Positions 1-9,986 are shown, counted from the stretch's first letter. The stretch: 64,000 nt of DNA from an uncultured Bacillales bacterium (GCA_949287425.1 CASEGJ010000005.1:82955-146954); one strand, 5' to 3'. Made by a program: numbers and translations. The notes: generated by a model from the sequence alone, not told the origin.

Positions 1-1638
1 TCAGCTGGAACTATCGTCGGTTTAGTTTCACTTGGTAAATATTTTGAATCTCTTTCATTAAATTCCACTATGGCTTCTATTTATAAATTGATGGAACTAG
101 CGCCTGAAGAATGCTTAGTTGTTAAAGATGACAAAGAAATTCTAACTAAAGTTAAAGATGTTAAAGTAAACGATTTAATCGCTATTAAACCAGGAATGAA
201 AATTCCTTTTGATGGAAAAATAATTTCTGGATATGGTAATTTAGATGAATCTTCTTTAACTGGAGAAGCTTTACCTATCTATAAAAAAGAAAATGATGAA
301 GTAATTTCTGGAACTTTAAATAAACAAGGTAGCTTCATTTTTAGATGTGAAAAAATCGGTGAAGATACTACCTTAAATAAGATTATTAGCCTAGTTCAAC
401 AAGCTAGCAATTCTAAAGCAAAAATTTCACAATTAGTCGATAAAATCGCCTATTATTTCGTTCCTATCGTAATTTTGATTGCAATTGTTACTTTTATCAG
501 CTGGATATTTATTTCTAAATACAACTTCGATACTGCTTTTAACTATGCAATATCGGTTCTAGTAATTTCATGCCCATGCGCTCTTGGATTAGCCACTCCA
601 GTTGCTATTATGGTTGGAACTGGTAAAGGAGCACAAAACGGCATTTTAATTAAATCCGCTCAAGGTTTTGAAAATCTCTCTTCTATTACTAGCGTCGTTT
701 TAGATAAAACAGGCACTATTACTAAAGGCCAAATGTCATTAATTGATATAAAAGTTAACAAGGATGAACTTAGCAATATCTACTCTTTAGAATCTCAATC
801 TGATCATCCTTTATCCATCGCTATTAAAAACTATGGAGAAACTAACAACTTAACAAAAAAAGAGGTGAAAAATTACAAATATTTACCTGGACTAGGCCTA
901 GAAGGTGAAATTGATAATTTTAAATATGTAATTGGTAATTTCGAACTTACCCAAAAATATTTATCTAAAGAAACTATTTCTAATTTTGAAAATTACTCCA
1001 AACAAGGTAAAACTGTTTTATTTATCGTAAAAGATCAAAAATATATAGGCCTATTAACTTTATCAGACACTTTAAAAGATTCTTCTAAACAAGCTATTGA
1101 ATATTTTTACAGACTAGGCAAAAAAGTTGTTTTACTTACTGGCGATAATAAAAATGCCGCCACTTATATTGCCAATAAAGTTGGAATTAAGCAAGTTATA
1201 AGCGAAATTAAACCAGATGGAAAACTCGATGTTATTAAAAATTTACAAAAAGAAGGTGAAAAAGTTTTAATGGTCGGCGATGGAATTAACGATTCCCCAG
1301 CTTTAATTCAAGCTGATGTAGGTATGGCGATTGGAGCTGGTTCAGATATCGCTATCGATTCAGCTGATATCATTTTAATTAGATCAGATTTACTAGATGT
1401 CATTTCAGCATTCTTACTATCTAAAAAAGTAGTTAAAACTATCAAAATGAACTTGTTCTGGGCATTTTTTTATAACACTATAACTATTCCTCTAGCTGCT
1501 GGCATCTTATCGAGTTTTAATATTATTTTAAACCCTATGATTGCTTCAGCTTGTATGGCGCTTTCTAGTATTACTGTCGTTTTAAACGCCTTAAGAATCA
1601 ATTTCTTCAAACGTGAAAAATATAACGTCAACAAATAA
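1..1638 (+). CDS. copA: heavy-metal (Cu+/Ag+-type) translocating P1B-type ATPase, 5'-truncated by window edge
   Basis: Frame 1 is open from nt 1 (SAGTIVGLVSLGKYFE...). Motifs CPC (SCPCALG), DKTGTIT phosphorylation site, GDGINDSPAL hinge. TAA stop at 1636-1638. Confidence 0.85.
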   Translation, partial: SAGTIVGLVSLGKYFESLSLNSTMASIYKLMELAPEECLVVKDDKEILTKVKDVKVNDLIAIKPGMKIPFDGKIISGYGNLDESSLTGEALPIYKKENDEVISGTLNKQGSFIFRCEKIGEDTTLNKIISLVQQASNSKAKISQLVDKIAYYFVPIVILIAIVTFISWIFISKYNFDTAFNYAISVLVISCPCALGLATPVAIMVGTGKGAQNGILIKSAQGFENLSSITSVVLDKTGTITKGQMSLIDIKVNKDELSNIYSLESQSDHPLSIAIKNYGETNNLTKKEVKNYKYLPGLGLEGEIDNFKYVIGNFELTQKYLSKETISNFENYSKQGKTVLFIVKDQKYIGLLTLSDTLKDSSKQAIEYFYRLGKKVVLLTGDNKNAATYIANKVGIKQVISEIKPDGKLDVIKNLQKEGEKVLMVGDGINDSPALIQADVGMAIGAGSDIAIDSADIILIRSDLLDVISAFLLSKKVVKTIKMNLFWAFFYNTITIPLAAGILSSFNIILNPMIASACMALSSITVVLNALRINFFKREKYNVNK

Positions 1639-1687
1639 GTTGTATATGATAAAATAAATAAGTAGCAATTTAAAATTAAGGAGTCTT

Positions 1688-2131
1688 ATGAGAAAATTTT
1701 ACGTTTGCAAAGGTTATGAAAATTCTCAAGTAAATCTTCCAACTAGAAGCACTAAATTCTCAGCTGGATATGATATTTCATCTATTCAAGATGTTACTAT
1801 TCCACCTCATGAAATGAGAATAGTACCAACTGGATTAAAAGCTCAAATGAATGAAGATGAAGCTTTATTTATCTATCCACGTTCTTCTTTAGGAAGAAAA
1901 AAATCACTGATGTTATCTAATAATATCGCAGTTATCGACGCTGATTATTTTGAAAATATCGATAATGATGGTCATATTATGATAAATCTATATAATTTTT
2001 CTAACAAAGAACAAAAAATTGAAAAAGGTGAAAGATTTGCTCAAGGTATTTTCATGAAATATTTAAAAACTGATGACGATATCGAATCAAAAAATTCTCG
2101 TCAAGGTGGATTTGGCTCAACAAATAAATAG
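1688..2131 (+). CDS. dut: dUTP diphosphatase
   Basis: 147 aa; dUTPase motifs AGYDI, RSSLG, IDADY, GERFAQ. RBS AAGGAG upstream. Confidence 0.8.
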   Translation: MRKFYVCKGYENSQVNLPTRSTKFSAGYDISSIQDVTIPPHEMRIVPTGLKAQMNEDEALFIYPRSSLGRKKSLMLSNNIAVIDADYFENIDNDGHIMINLYNFSNKEQKIEKGERFAQGIFMKYLKTDDDIESKNSRQGGFGSTNK

Positions 2132-2133
2132 AA

Positions 2134-3591
2134 ATGAAATATTCTAACCCTATCTTAAATGCTGATTATTCTGATCCTGATGTAATCTATCATAATGGAG
2201 GATATTATTTAGTATCTTCCTCTTTTAATTATGTCCCCGGGATTCCTGTAATGTATTCTACTGATTTGGTTAACTATAAAATTATTTCATACGTTATAAA
2301 AAAATTGCCAAGTTACTATAATAAAGTTCGTCCATCTAATGGGGCTTGGGCTCCCTCTATTCAATTTTATAAAGATAGATTTTACGTTTTTATTCCCTTT
2401 CCTGATAAAGGAATTTACTATTCGACATGTAAAAATCCTTTTAAAAGAGATTGGAGCAAATTAAAACCATTATATCTACTTAAAGGTATTGAAGATCCAA
2501 CTGTTCTATTTGAAAATAACAAAGCTTATCTTATCTTTGCTTTTGTTAAATCTAGAATTGGTTTCAATTCTAAATTAGCTTTAATGGAATTTTCGTTAGA
2601 TTTAAAAAAGAAATTGCTTCCTAATTATAAAATCATTTATGAAGCTGATGAAAATAGCCAAACAATAGAAGGGCCTAAAATATATAAAATTAATGATATT
2701 TACTATATATTTGCCCCGGCATTAGGAGTAGAACACGGCAGTCAAGTTGTCCTATCTTCTAAATCGATATATGGTCCATATAAACTAAAAACTGTTTTAA
2801 AAGAATGCGGAAATAAAATTAATGGACCTCATCAAGGTAGCTTAATCCATTTTAACGATAATCAATACGCTTTCTTGCATTTTTCACATGATGAAACATT
2901 AGGAAGAATAGTCTATCTTCAACCTGCTAAATTACTAGATAATGGCGAGTTTGAAATTGGAGATAATGGAAAGCCAATCTATAACGGAGAAATTCCAACA
3001 ATTGAAAATAAAACTAACTATATCGATTATTCAGATAAATTTAATTCAAATAAACTTAGTCTAATTTGGCAAACCCCCGCTAATGTTACTGATGATTTTA
3101 TCTTGCCAACTACAAGTGGATTATTTTTAACTACCAAGCAATTAAAAAAGCAAAATCTCGCTGATTTTCCATATGTTTTAACTCAAAAATTCTCTTCTAA
3201 AAAATTTGTTTGCTCAGTTGAATTTGAACTTTCAAATTTAAAAATAGGTGCTAATTTTGGATTAGCTATCATTGGAGAACAATTTTCCTATATAGAAATT
3301 TTAAAACGCCAAAATTCATTTTTAATTAGTTATTACACTCACAATTTAAATTCTAAAATAGATAAATTAATTAAACAAAAAGAATTTAATAAATTACCTA
3401 GCAATCAAATAATTTTGGAATTTGGTAACAACTTAGCAAACATATATTTAGATAAATCAAATTTCAATTACTCGTTTAACTGCATTAAACAGCATTATAT
3501 CGGTTTAAGAATCGGTCTATTTACTTATTCAAAAGATGAAATTGAAGATTCAAAAATTAAATTTACTAATTTTAATATTAAATATTTATAA
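2134..3591 (+). CDS. glycoside hydrolase family 43 (beta-xylosidase/alpha-L-arabinofuranosidase-like) with C-terminal beta-sandwich
   Basis: N-terminus NPILNADYSDPDVIY typical of GH43; internal IEGPKIYK catalytic-acid-like motif; 485 aa. Confidence 0.7.
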   Translation: MKYSNPILNADYSDPDVIYHNGGYYLVSSSFNYVPGIPVMYSTDLVNYKIISYVIKKLPSYYNKVRPSNGAWAPSIQFYKDRFYVFIPFPDKGIYYSTCKNPFKRDWSKLKPLYLLKGIEDPTVLFENNKAYLIFAFVKSRIGFNSKLALMEFSLDLKKKLLPNYKIIYEADENSQTIEGPKIYKINDIYYIFAPALGVEHGSQVVLSSKSIYGPYKLKTVLKECGNKINGPHQGSLIHFNDNQYAFLHFSHDETLGRIVYLQPAKLLDNGEFEIGDNGKPIYNGEIPTIENKTNYIDYSDKFNSNKLSLIWQTPANVTDDFILPTTSGLFLTTKQLKKQNLADFPYVLTQKFSSKKFVCSVEFELSNLKIGANFGLAIIGEQFSYIEILKRQNSFLISYYTHNLNSKIDKLIKQKEFNKLPSNQIILEFGNNLANIYLDKSNFNYSFNCIKQHYIGLRIGLFTYSKDEIEDSKIKFTNFNIKYL

Positions 3592-3602
3592 AAAGGAGCC
3601 TC

Positions 3603-4325
3603 ATGGAAAAGAATAAACAAACAATATACCCTGGCAGTGTATTTACTGCTAGACATTACGACCAATTTACTAAAAAATTCACTTCTCATCCTTTTGTCTG
3701 TGTCTATAATCAAGCGTTAGATGATTTAATGGATAAAGAGACAAACATCATAGGTTTATTAATTACTTCAAATAACAAGCAAGCGATTAGACAAGTGGAA
3801 ATTTCTAAATCTAAAAATCCATTTTTAGATAATGATTCTTACTGCTATTGTAATAACATTTACACTTTTGATAGAAAAGATATAAAGCTCATCGGCCAAA
3901 TTGATTCAGATACTTTCTTTCAAATAGTTAAAAAAAGACAAGCGATTATTAGAGGTGAAAACGATCAGTGTGTTCAAGCTTTAATGAACATGCGCGGATA
4001 TGAATCTAAAAAAGAAGTTCAAAAAAGAAACGAAATAAAAAAGAAAAAAACTATATCTATCAAACCTAAAAAGAAGAAAGAAAAAACAAAACTCACTATT
4101 AAGCCTAAAAAAGAAAACAAACTTCAAGTTCAAGCTTCATATTTTCCAAATTTTGAAAATACACAGACAAAATCCCTCCCCAATCGAAGAAATAACATTT
4201 CGCTAATTTCTAATCACAAAGAAACTTTACAGGAAAAAATCGAAAGAGAAAATTTCTCTTTTGAAGTAAATCCTGATGTTAGTAATATCAAATCTATAAA
4301 AAAGAAAGCCAAAAGGAAAAAATAA
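3603..4325 (+). CDS. hypothetical protein; N-terminal ~115 aa resembles MazF/PemK/CcdB-type fold; C-terminal Lys-rich low-complexity tail
   Basis: Pattern GSVFTA...HPFVCVYNQ...IIGLLITS...QVEIS...NNIYTFDRKDI...IDSDTFFQIV parallels MazF/EndoA block order (my own alignment by eye); KKKKTISIKPKKKKEKTKLTIKPKKENK tail; RBS GGAGCC... upstream; stop overlaps next start (TAATG). Confidence 0.35.
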   Translation: MEKNKQTIYPGSVFTARHYDQFTKKFTSHPFVCVYNQALDDLMDKETNIIGLLITSNNKQAIRQVEISKSKNPFLDNDSYCYCNNIYTFDRKDIKLIGQIDSDTFFQIVKKRQAIIRGENDQCVQALMNMRGYESKKEVQKRNEIKKKKTISIKPKKKKEKTKLTIKPKKENKLQVQASYFPNFENTQTKSLPNRRNNISLISNHKETLQEKIERENFSFEVNPDVSNIKSIKKKAKRKK

Positions 4326-4747
4326 TGAAAAAAATATATTTTTCAGCCTCTATTTCAGGAGGAAGAGACGATAGTCAAATCTATTCGTTAATAGTTGAAA
4401 AACTAAAAAAAGATTTTATTATTTTAACTGAACATATCGGAAACGAAAATCTAGTTAAAAAAGATAAAAACTTATCAGCTAAAGAGATTTATACCCGCGA
4501 TATTAATTTTTTAAATCAAGCCGATTTTGTTGTAGCGGAAGTTTCTACCCCATCTTTAGGAGTGGGATATGAACTTTCCTATGCGTTTAGTATAAATAAG
4601 CCAACTTATGTTTTATATAATTTAAATAAATCTAAACCTCTTTCTAAAATGATCTCAGGAAATCCATTTTTTAAAATATTTTATTATTCTAATTTAGATA
4701 TGTTAAATCAACAATTAGATCAAATTATCAAACTGCAAAAAAACTAA
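4325..4747 (+). CDS. 2'-deoxynucleoside 5'-phosphate N-hydrolase (DNPH1/Rcl)-like, nucleoside 2-deoxyribosyltransferase family
   Basis: YFSASISGGRDD...LTEHIGNE...ADFVVAEVSTPSLGVGYELSYA closely parallels the DNPH1 signature (YFCGSIRGGRED...VLTEHV...ADVVVAEVTQPSLGVGYELG). 1-nt overlap TAATG with upstream gene. Confidence 0.7.
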   Translation: MKKIYFSASISGGRDDSQIYSLIVEKLKKDFIILTEHIGNENLVKKDKNLSAKEIYTRDINFLNQADFVVAEVSTPSLGVGYELSYAFSINKPTYVLYNLNKSKPLSKMISGNPFFKIFYYSNLDMLNQQLDQIIKLQKN

Positions 4748-4789
4748 TATAATATCAATTGGAAAGTAGAAATATTATATGCCTTTGGA

Positions 4790-5067
4790 TGTAATCCTCT
4801 ACTTTGCTATTGTGGAACAACAATGAAGAAGAATTCGCCAAAAGAGATATTTACGATGAATATATAGACTTCAAATGTCTAAAATGCGGCGTCGAACACG
4901 AATTAGAAGCTGATATAGTTTTTAAATTGTTTGAACCTGAATATGAAGAATATCCAGAGTGAATTTGTAATGATTATAAGGGTGGAACTATGGTTCCAAT
5001 CGATATTTATAACAAGTTGAAGAAAAAAGAGTTCTTATTTTCAAAATACACTCTTCTTTTTTGTTAA
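4790..5067 (+). pseudogene. degenerate remnant of a small Cys-rich (zinc-ribbon-like) gene; needs a frameshift plus read-through of an in-frame TGA
   Basis: One frame reads CNPLLCYCGTTMKKNSPKEIFTMNI* (TAG stop); the overlapping next frame reads ...DFKCLKCGVEHELEADIVFKLFEPEYEEYPE-TGA-ICNDYKGGTMVPIDIYNKLKKKEFLFSKYTLLFC*. The second frame has no ATG start; no intact ORF appears in the six-frame track. Confidence 0.25.
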
Positions 5068-5070
5068 AAA
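5037..5070. terminator. possible bidirectional intrinsic terminator (AAGAGT...ACTCTT stem, 17-nt loop, T-runs on both sides)
   Basis: Hairpin 5037-5065 followed by TTTTTTG on + strand; its complement is followed by a T-run on the - strand, downstream of dnaJ. Confidence 0.3.
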
Positions 5071-5180
5071 ATGAGACTATATTATTAAAAATCCGAAAAT
5101 ACAAATTCCTAATCAAAAGAAAAAAGGACTATAACTTGCCTCAGCAATTTATCTAAGGTTTTGTTACAGCCCCTTAATTT

Positions 5181-6332
5181 TTATTTGTGAAACATCGATT
5201 TAATTCTATCGAATATATTCTTATTTTCAGGCTTTTTTACTTCGATTTCTTGAAATTTAGAAAGCAAATCTTTCTGTTCTGAAGTTAACTTTGAAGGAAC
5301 CTTAACATCTAAGTGAACGTATTGATCGCCATCAGGATTATAGTTAGTTCTTGACTTAACACCTTTTCCTTTTAGTTTTAATATTGCGTTGACACTAGTT
5401 CCAGGTTTAACTTCAACATCGCATTTACCATAAACAGTATCAACAGTAATTGTACAGCCTAATATCAAGTCAATAACACTGATGGATGAATGGACGTGAA
5501 TATCATTACCATCACGTTCAAAATTCTTATCAGCAAGAACATTTACTTGGATATATAAATCACCTGAAGGTCCACCATTTAATCCATGATATCCTTTACC
5601 AGCAACTTTTAAAACTTCACCATCACTAATTCCAGCAGGAATATTTATTTCAAGTTTAGATTTAATATGGTTATAACCTTTTCCAGAACAATTTGGGCAA
5701 GCTTCTTTTATCGATTTACCTGTACCATGGCAATGTGGACAAACAGATTGTTGACTTACAACTCCTAAAATGGTTCTCTGTTGAGTCCTAATTACACCAG
5801 TACCATGGCAGTAACTACACGTTTCATATGAAGTCCCGTTTTTAGCACCAGTACCTGAACATGATTTACATGTTTCATCATATTCAACAGGTATTTCAAC
5901 ACTAGTTCCTAAAATAGAATCCATAAAGGAAATTCTAATTCTAATTTGCTGATTTTCACCTTTCATTGGACCAGCTTGACGCGAAGATGTTCTTCTTCCA
6001 CCACCACCGAAAAATTGTGAGAAAATATCACCTAAATCAACATCATCTCCAAAACCAAATCCACCTTGGAAGCCATTAAAACCTCCTTGATTAGCAGCAG
6101 CATTTGGATCGACACCGGCAAAACCATATTGATCGTATCTCGCTCTTTTATCTTTATCTTTTAAAACTTCATAAGCTTCAGTTACTTCTTTAAACTTAGC
6201 TGGAGCATCAGGAGATTTATTTAAATCCGGGTGATATTGTTTGGCAAGTTTTAGATATGCTCTTTTAATTTCTTGATCAGTAGCAGTTTTCGATACACCT
6301 AACACTTCATAATAGTCTCTTTTTTCTGCCAT
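5181..6332 (-). CDS. dnaJ: molecular chaperone DnaJ
   Basis: J-domain (YYEVLGV...HPD), Gly/Phe-rich region, four CxxCxGxG zinc-finger repeats. True start [12 protein letters not shown] at 6332, with AGGAGGG RBS 6 nt upstream; the longer ORF-track start is a spurious extension. Confidence 0.9.
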   Translation of the reverse strand: MAEKRDYYEVLGVSKTATDQEIKRAYLKLAKQYHPDLNKSPDAPAKFKEVTEAYEVLKDKDKRARYDQYGFAGVDPNAAANQGGFNGFQGGFGFGDDVDLGDIFSQFFGGGGRRTSSRQAGPMKGENQQIRIRISFMDSILGTSVEIPVEYDETCKSCSGTGAKNGTSYETCSYCHGTGVIRTQQRTILGVVSQQSVCPHCHGTGKSIKEACPNCSGKGYNHIKSKLEINIPAGISDGEVLKVAGKGYHGLNGGPSGDLYIQVNVLADKNFERDGNDIHVHSSISVIDLILGCTITVDTVYGKCDVEVKPGTSVNAILKLKGKGVKSRTNYNPDGDQYVHLDVKVPSKLTSEQKDLLSKFQEIEVKKPENKNIFDRIKSMFHK

Positions 6333-6400
6333 AACTACCCTCCTTTTTAAAAACAATTAGGCCTAGAAATTATCTAGGTCTAATCGTTTAGATTTTAATG

Positions 6401-8242
6401 TTACTTCTTTTCTGTGTAATTAGCATCGTAGACGTTTTTATCGTCATTAGAAGCATCGTTACTTGTATTAGTAGAAGTATCTTGTTGAGAATTAGTTTGA
6501 GCTTGACTACTAGCAGCTTGTTGAGCAGCGGCAGCTTGTCTTTCCAATTCATCAAGTTTACTCTTTAATCCTTCAATATCATTTTTATCCAAAGCGGATT
6601 TAACTTCATCTCTCAATTTAGTAACTTGTTCTTTTTGATTTGGATCAATCTTATCACCAGCATTAGATAAAGATTCATCGATATTTGAAATTAATTGTTC
6701 AGCTCTATTTCTAACTTCAACTTCTTCTTTACGTTTTTCATCAGCAGCTTTATTAGCTTCAGCTTCTTTAACCATTCTATCGATTTCTTCTTTAGAAAGG
6801 CCATTGGAATTAGAGATAGTAATTTGTTGTTCTTTATTAGTATCTAAATCTTTAGCTTTAACATTGACAATACCATTGACATCAATTGAGAAAGTAACTT
6901 CAATTCTAGGTTGACCTCTTCTAGCAGGTCTAATTCCATCAAGTTTGAAATGACCTAGCATTTTATTATCTCTAGCCATTGGACGTTCACCTTGGTAAAC
7001 GACAACATCAACAGCAGGTTGATTATCTTCAGCAGTTGAGAAAACCTGTGATTTAGTGGTAGGAATAGTGGTGTTTCTTTGAATTAATGGGGTCATAACA
7101 CCACCTAAAGTTTCAATACCTAAAGTTAAAGGAGTAACATCGAGTAAAACAATATCTTTTAAATCACCAGCAATGACAGCACCTTGAATAGAAGCACCTA
7201 TAGAAACAGCTTCATCAGGGTTAACAGACATGTTAGGTTGTTTACCAGTCATTCTTTTAACAAGTTCTTGAACAGCAGGCATTCTAGTTGAACCACCAAT
7301 TAACAAAACAGTATTTAAATCATTGAAAGTTAATTTAGCATCAGACATAGCCTTTCTAACAGGTTCTTCACATCTAGCTAATAAAGATCTAGTTAAGTCT
7401 TCAAATTTAGCTCTAGTTAGTTTAGTTTCAAAGTTAACAGGACCATTAGCATTAAAAGCGATATAAGGTAAGGTAATAGTAGCTTCTAATGAGCTAGATA
7501 AAGTAATCTTAGCTTTTTCAGATTCATCTTTTAATCTTTGTAAAGCCATCTTATTAGTTGAAAGGTCAACACCAGATTGTTTCTTGATTTCTTCTAAAAG
7601 GAAATCAGAAATAGCTTTATCCCAGTCATCACCACCTAAGTTAGTATCACCTGAAGTAGCGACAACTTCATAAACACCATCAGCAATATCCAAGATAGAA
7701 ACATCTAAAGTACCACCGCCTAAATCAAAGACCATAATGTTTTGATTTTTATCAGTTTTAATACCATATGCTAAAGCAGCAGCAGTAGGTTCATTAATAA
7801 CTCTAACAACATCTAAGCCTGCAATAGTACCTGCATCTTTAGTAGCTTGTCTTTGAGCATCGTTAAAATACGCAGGACAAGTAATAACAGCTTTTTTAAC
7901 TTCATGACCGATATTATCTTCAGCGTATTTTTTCATATATGCTAAGACTTTAGCGGAAATTTCTTGAGGAGTGTAATCTTTGTTAGTGCAGCTAATATGA
8001 ACTTTATAATCGCTACCCATCTTTCTTTTAATAGAATAAACAGTATCTGGATTAGTGACCATTTGTCTTTTAGCAGCATCACCAACTATTTCTTCCCCAT
8101 CAGATTTAAATGAGACGACAGATGGAGTTGTGTTACGTCCTTCTGGATTAGGAATAACTTTAACATTTCCATCAGCCTGCATATAGGAAACTACTGAGTT
8201 AGTAGTACCTAAGTCAATACCAATAATTACTTCTTTTGCCAT
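6401..8242 (-). CDS. dnaK: molecular chaperone DnaK (Hsp70)
   Basis: [18 protein letters not shown], full-length 613-aa Hsp70; GGAGG RBS. Confidence 0.95.
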   Translation of the reverse strand: MAKEVIIGIDLGTTNSVVSYMQADGNVKVIPNPEGRNTTPSVVSFKSDGEEIVGDAAKRQMVTNPDTVYSIKRKMGSDYKVHISCTNKDYTPQEISAKVLAYMKKYAEDNIGHEVKKAVITCPAYFNDAQRQATKDAGTIAGLDVVRVINEPTAAALAYGIKTDKNQNIMVFDLGGGTLDVSILDIADGVYEVVATSGDTNLGGDDWDKAISDFLLEEIKKQSGVDLSTNKMALQRLKDESEKAKITLSSSLEATITLPYIAFNANGPVNFETKLTRAKFEDLTRSLLARCEEPVRKAMSDAKLTFNDLNTVLLIGGSTRMPAVQELVKRMTGKQPNMSVNPDEAVSIGASIQGAVIAGDLKDIVLLDVTPLTLGIETLGGVMTPLIQRNTTIPTTKSQVFSTAEDNQPAVDVVVYQGERPMARDNKMLGHFKLDGIRPARRGQPRIEVTFSIDVNGIVNVKAKDLDTNKEQQITISNSNGLSKEEIDRMVKEAEANKAADEKRKEEVEVRNRAEQLISNIDESLSNAGDKIDPNQKEQVTKLRDEVKSALDKNDIEGLKSKLDELERQAAAAQQAASSQAQTNSQQDTSTNTSNDASNDDKNVYDANYTEKK

Positions 8243-8263
8243 AAATATTTTCCTCCAATCATT

Positions 8264-8902
8264 TTATTTTGAAGAGGTTTTATCCTCTTTATCATCTTTT
8301 TTATCAGCTGATTTTTCTTCAGCATTTTCAACTTTTTCTTCTTTTTTATAGACAGAAACCATCGCTGGTCTAATCATTCTATCATGGAGAAGATAACCAC
8401 GAGCTAAACAAGCACAAACGCTGTTATTTTCTACTTCATCAGAAGCGATTTCTGTTTGAATAGCATGCATGTTTTTTTCATCGAATTTATCACCTTTTTT
8501 AGGAGAAATGAAGCTTACTCCTTGTTCTTGTAAAGCTTGTTCAATTTGATTAAATATCATCTTAAATCCCATAGCGAAGTTATTGACAACAGGATCTTTA
8601 ATTTCAGCCTTAAATGCCATTTCGAAGGCATCTAATGATGGGATAAGCTTTTCGATAAAACCAGCAGAACAATACTTTATAAATTGTTGATGATCTTTTT
8701 CAAGAGATTTTCTAGTGTTAGCTAAATTAGCATATGCTTCATAGTATTTGTTTTGCCATGATTTTGTCTCTTCTTTTAACTTAGCGTTTTCACTTTGTAA
8801 GAAAGAAAGCTGCTGATTTAACTTTTCTAGATTAACATCTTCTTTTTTAACATCTTCACTAGTTTCTTTTTTATTATCTATATCTTTTTTATTTTCTTCC
8901 AT
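8264..8902 (-). CDS. grpE: nucleotide exchange factor GrpE
   Basis: Coiled-coil N-terminus and C-terminal GrpE domain (RYLLHDRMIRPAMV). Start taken at MEENKKD (8902), just after the hrcA stop, with GGAAAG RBS. Confidence 0.8.
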   Translation of the reverse strand: MEENKKDIDNKKETSEDVKKEDVNLEKLNQQLSFLQSENAKLKEETKSWQNKYYEAYANLANTRKSLEKDHQQFIKYCSAGFIEKLIPSLDAFEMAFKAEIKDPVVNNFAMGFKMIFNQIEQALQEQGVSFISPKKGDKFDEKNMHAIQTEIASDEVENNSVCACLARGYLLHDRMIRPAMVSVYKKEEKVENAEEKSADKKDDKEDKTSSK

Positions 8903-9974
8903 CTTTCTTTCCTTTCTTCTTAGTTTCATTTAAATCCCCCTCAGTATTTAATTCAGCAGACCTTTCAAAATATTCATCTATCTTCTTAACCATATATTGC
9001 AACATAGTAATAATCTTTTTATAGTCCATTCTCTGCGGACCAACTATTGCTAATTTTGCATCGATATTGGGGATCTTACAATCTTTTGAAACAATTGCAA
9101 CATTTGAATCATCTTCTGAAATTGACAATGTATATTCACTATCATCACCATCTTCAACAAGTTCAGCAATTTTAGTTGGATTGTTTAACAAATCAATAAT
9201 AGATTGTAACTTTTTAGTATCAGATTCATATTCAGGAAGTTCAATTAACTTTTCTGAACCATAAGCTCTCATTCTCTGCTTAGCGAAATTTAAGAAAGCT
9301 TCCGCTAATGCATCAATAACAACTTCTGATGATTGACCGATAGTTTCAGAAAGAATTGGTCTCATCGCATTGATTCTACTATTAATCTCAGAAATCGGAC
9401 TACCTGTTAACCTATTGTTAATTATCTCGATACACTTTGAAATACTAGCTGCTTCCACATTAGAATGAACAATGAATGTTTTTGAATCAGTGTATCCTTT
9501 ATCAGTCATTAAATAGACAGAAATTTTAGTCTTATCTGGTAATAAAGTAGAATTAATAAACATTAAGTGTTCATTATCAGCATCTGGTCCTAATACAACA
9601 GCAGCCATTGAAGTTACTTCAGATAATATCTGACAAGACTTAGATAAGACATCTTCAACAGATTGTGATTTTTTTGAAAGTACCAATTGAAATTCTTTTT
9701 TAAACTTATCATCTAAAGTTTCGCTGTCAACATGTTTTTGAATATGTTCAGCATAATAAGTATATCCTTTAGTAGAAGGCACTCTTCCAGAAGAAGTATG
9801 AGTTTTTTCGATTAGGCCTTTTGCTTCTAAATCAGCCATTACATTTCTAATAGTAGCTGACGAATAAGGTAAATTGTACTTTTGCAAAAGAGTGTTTGAT
9901 CCAACTGGTTGAGCGGTTTTTACATATTCTTCGACGATATATTTCAAAATCGCATCATGTCTAGATATTTCCAT
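8889..9974 (-). CDS. hrcA: heat-inducible transcription repressor HrcA
   Basis: 361 aa, N-terminal winged-helix (PVGSNTLLQKYNLPYSSATIRNVMADLEAKGLIEKTHTSSGRVPS); first gene of the hrcA-grpE-dnaK-dnaJ operon; CIRCE immediately upstream. Confidence 0.85.
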   Translation of the reverse strand: MEISRHDAILKYIVEEYVKTAQPVGSNTLLQKYNLPYSSATIRNVMADLEAKGLIEKTHTSSGRVPSTKGYTYYAEHIQKHVDSETLDDKFKKEFQLVLSKKSQSVEDVLSKSCQILSEVTSMAAVVLGPDADNEHLMFINSTLLPDKTKISVYLMTDKGYTDSKTFIVHSNVEAASISKCIEIINNRLTGSPISEINSRINAMRPILSETIGQSSEVVIDALAEAFLNFAKQRMRAYGSEKLIELPEYESDTKKLQSIIDLLNNPTKIAELVEDGDDSEYTLSISEDDSNVAIVSKDCKIPNIDAKLAIVGPQRMDYKKIITMLQYMVKKIDEYFERSAELNTEGDLNETKKKGKKDGRK

Positions 9975-9986
9975 AATCCCTTCCTT

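Noticed and set aside
3525-3713. Antisense/embedded short ORFs from the six-frame track (3525-3713, 9067-9264, 11189-11419, 19934-20116, 20526-20738, 23896-24270, 31396-31644, 32163-32345, 35839-36039, 36206-36433, 41203-41388, 42079-42279, 43619-43891, 47725-47913, 52869-53135, 55874-56257, 61352-61627, 62509-62694)
   Set aside because: All lie inside or antisense to well-supported genes, are short and low-complexity, and lack RBS; treated as chance ORFs in AT-rich DNA.
5181-6356. Long N-terminal extensions given by the ORF track for dnaJ, grpE, purM, purC, purE, ppiB, pduL, rnj, the 622-aa lipoprotein and Cof
   Set aside because: In each case an internal ATG aligns with the conserved family N-terminus and has a properly spaced AGGAGG-type RBS, whereas the upstream start lacks one or is a TTG; shorter starts adopted.
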